Made by a program: the position numbers and the translations under genes. From an uncultured Acidobacteriota bacterium (GTDB lineage Bacteria; Acidobacteriota; Vicinamibacteria; Vicinamibacterales; CAVVIG01), in the NCBI GenBank assembly GCA_963840225.1, contig CAWIYH010000002.1:519934-583933 (forward strand): a stretch of 64,000 nucleotides of DNA, in the 5' to 3' direction. The notes below the pieces were generated by a model. That model saw only the letters and a program-made list of their open reading frames with translations, was not told the origin of the DNA and did no database searches. How positions within the stretch are numbered: the stretch's first letter is position 1; each line of letters begins with the position of its first letter. Below, piece by piece: positions 61,966 through 64,000 of the stretch.

Positions 61966-63799
61966 GGCTGCCGCCGACCTCGCGCTCGCCGACGCCCTGC
62001 ACCGCGTCTGGGGGTTTTCCACCTTTCGTCCGCTGCAGCGCGAGGCGATGCACGCCATCCTGGGCGGCCGTGACAGCCTCGTCGTCCTGCCGACGGGCGG
62101 CGGCAAGTCGCTGTGCTTTCAGGCGCCGGCGCTCGTCGAGGGGCCGGCGCCCCGCCGCGGGTTCGCGCTCGTGGTGTCGCCGCTCATCTCGCTGATGAAG
62201 GATCAGGTGGACGGCCTGCGGGTGGACGGCGTCGCCGCGGCGTACCTGAACAGCACGCTCACGTACGAAGAGCGCGATGCGGTGATGGGGGAGCTGCGCA
62301 GCGACCGGATCCGCCTGCTCTACGTGTCGCCCGAGCGGCTCGTCGGCGAAGGCAGCCAGGGGTTCCGCCGGTCGCTGCAGCAGTCGGGCGTCCGCTTCAT
62401 CGCGATCGACGAGGCGCACTGCATCAGCCAGTGGGGGCACGACTTCCGGCCCGAGTACCGCCAGCTCGGCCGCCTGCGCGACGACTTTCCCGGCGTGTCG
62501 CTGCACGCGTTCACCGCGACGGCCACCGAGCGGGTCCGCCGCGACATCGTCGAGGAGCTCCGGCTGGCCGATCCCGACCTGCTCGTCGGATCGTTCGACC
62601 GGCCGAACCTGACCTACCGCGTGCTCCGCCGCGCGAACCTGCCGCGCCAGCTGTTCGACATCATCGGACGCCACGACGGGGAGGCGGGGATCGTCTATTG
62701 TCCGTCGCGCCGCGAGGTCGAGTCGCTCGCGGCCGCGCTCGAGGCCGAAGGTCTGCGCGCGCTCCCGTATCACGCCGGGCTGACCGATGCCGTGCGCAGC
62801 CGCAACCAGGAGGCCTTCCTCGACGAGCGCGTCGACATCGTCGTCGCCACCGTCGCGTTCGGGATGGGGATCGATCGCTCGAACGTCCGGTTCGTGGTCC
62901 ACGCCGGGGCGCCGCGGTCGCTCGAGCACTACCAGCAGGAGTCGGGGCGCGCGGGGCGGGACGGGCTGCCGGCGGAATGCGTCCTGATCTACTCGGGCGG
63001 CGACTTCCTGCGGTGGCGGCAGATGCTCGAGGCGAACGGCGAGTGGAGCGACAGCGCGCGGACCCTGCTGCGCGACATGGAGCGGTACGCGTCGGGCACG
63101 CGCTGCCGCCATCGCGCGATCCTCGAGTACTTCGGCGAGACGGACCGACGGCACGGCTGCGCGGCGTGCGACTGGTGTCTCAGGGAGCTCGACGAGGTGC
63201 CCGACGCGACCATCGTCGCGCAGAAGATCCTGTCGTGCGTCGCGCGCGTGAAGCAGACGTGGGGCATTGCCCACGTCACCGACGTGCTGATCGGCCGCGC
63301 GACGGAGAAGGTGGTGGCCGCGCGCCACCACGAGCTCTCGACGTTCGGGCTGCTCAAGGAGGAGCCGGCCACCGCGATCCGGGGCTTCGTCGAACAGCTC
63401 GTCGGCGACGGGCTGCTCGCGCGCGAGGGCGATCCCTATCCGGTGCTCCGGCTGACCGCGGCGGGGACCGCGCTCCTGCGGGGCGAGGGCGCCTGCACGC
63501 TCTACCGCGAAATCCGTCCGCCCTCGTCGAGGCGATCGCGCGGCCGCGGGCGCGTCGAGGCGCCGGCGACGGTGGATGAAGCGCTCTTCACCGCGCTTCG
63601 CGAGGTGCGGCTGCGCCTGGCGCGCGAGCGCGGCGTCCCGCCCTACGTCATCTTCCACGACACGACGCTGCGCGACATGGTCGCCCGCCGCCCGCGCACG
63701 GTTGACGACCTCTACGAGGTGTACGGCGTCGGCGCGCGAAAGGCCGCCGACTTCGGCGACGCCTTCCTCGACGCGATCAGGACGTTCGGGAAAGGCTGA
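61931..63799 (+). CDS. recQ: ATP-dependent DNA helicase RecQ
   Basis: FRPLQREAM...[29 protein letters not shown], the zinc-binding Cys cluster [12 protein letters not shown]...CAACDWC, and a C-terminal HRDC ([14 protein letters not shown]). The start is uncertain. ATG 61931 overlaps ispG by 35 nt. Confidence 0.9.
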   Translation: MSTSRPATPGAEAAADLALADALHRVWGFSTFRPLQREAMHAILGGRDSLVVLPTGGGKSLCFQAPALVEGPAPRRGFALVVSPLISLMKDQVDGLRVDGVAAAYLNSTLTYEERDAVMGELRSDRIRLLYVSPERLVGEGSQGFRRSLQQSGVRFIAIDEAHCISQWGHDFRPEYRQLGRLRDDFPGVSLHAFTATATERVRRDIVEELRLADPDLLVGSFDRPNLTYRVLRRANLPRQLFDIIGRHDGEAGIVYCPSRREVESLAAALEAEGLRALPYHAGLTDAVRSRNQEAFLDERVDIVVATVAFGMGIDRSNVRFVVHAGAPRSLEHYQQESGRAGRDGLPAECVLIYSGGDFLRWRQMLEANGEWSDSARTLLRDMERYASGTRCRHRAILEYFGETDRRHGCAACDWCLRELDEVPDATIVAQKILSCVARVKQTWGIAHVTDVLIGRATEKVVAARHHELSTFGLLKEEPATAIRGFVEQLVGDGLLAREGDPYPVLRLTAAGTALLRGEGACTLYREIRPPSSRRSRGRGRVEAPATVDEALFTALREVRLRLARERGVPPYVIFHDTTLRDMVARRPRTVDDLYEVYGVGARKAADFGDAFLDAIRTFGKG

Positions 63800-63820
63800 G
63801 GCTCAGGCGGAGAACGTCTC

Positions 63821-64000
63821 TCAGTGAATCGTGTACGGCTCGTGCAGCGCGAACGGCGCGATCTCGATGTCGAAGTGATTGCCGTCCTCGGTGACCATCT
63901 GGTAGCTGCCGTGCATCACGCCGGTGGAGGTCGGCAGGGGACAGCCCGAGGTGTACTGGAACGTCTCGCCCGGCGCGAGGACCGGCTGCTCGCCCACGAC
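63821..64000 (-). CDS. apaG: ApaG-like protein (DUF525), C-terminal fragment; 5' part beyond right edge
   Basis: The minus-strand frame is open to the window edge and is not in the ORF track. It reads [59 protein letters not shown]-stop, matching the conserved ApaG C-terminus (GEQP.L.PGE.F.YTS...G.M.G.Y.M....G..F...I..F.L). Confidence 0.75.
   Translation of the reverse strand, partial: VVGEQPVLAPGETFQYTSGCPLPTSTGVMHGSYQMVTEDGNHFDIEIAPFALHEPYTIH

Overview
High-GC bacterial chromosomal segment with about 48 protein-coding genes. I saw no rRNA, tRNA, CRISPR array or transposase by eye. Repeated PadR-regulator plus ADOP-type (MacB/FtsX-like) permease modules suggest Acidobacteriota (inference only). 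Housekeeping genes include glnS, a type IIA topoisomerase B/A pair, type III glutamine synthetase, ispG, recQ and apaG. Respiratory genes include a cytochrome c - Rieske - cytochrome b - nonaheme cytochrome c operon and a molybdopterin/2Fe-2S dehydrogenase with two c-type cytochromes. There are also secreted peptidases (M14, M20, S9), envelope proteins and signalling proteins (a GGDEF cyclase and a DAC-fold protein). Most notable findings: (1) a PrxQ/Bcp-type peroxiredoxin whose peroxidatic Cys codon is an in-frame TGA followed by a SECIS-like hairpin, a candidate selenoprotein; (2) a tightly coupled GNAT - DinB - DAC-fold (diadenylate-cyclase-like) operon; (3) at least nine single-base frame disruptions in otherwise intact conserved genes, four of them in the same GGTACT context; (4) a 353-bp near-identical repeat linking the 5' ends of two tandem ADOP permease genes; (5) a family of GC hairpin repeats with a conserved CCCCA loop. 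All functional calls come from reading the translations and recalled family motifs. No database search, folding or alignment program was run.
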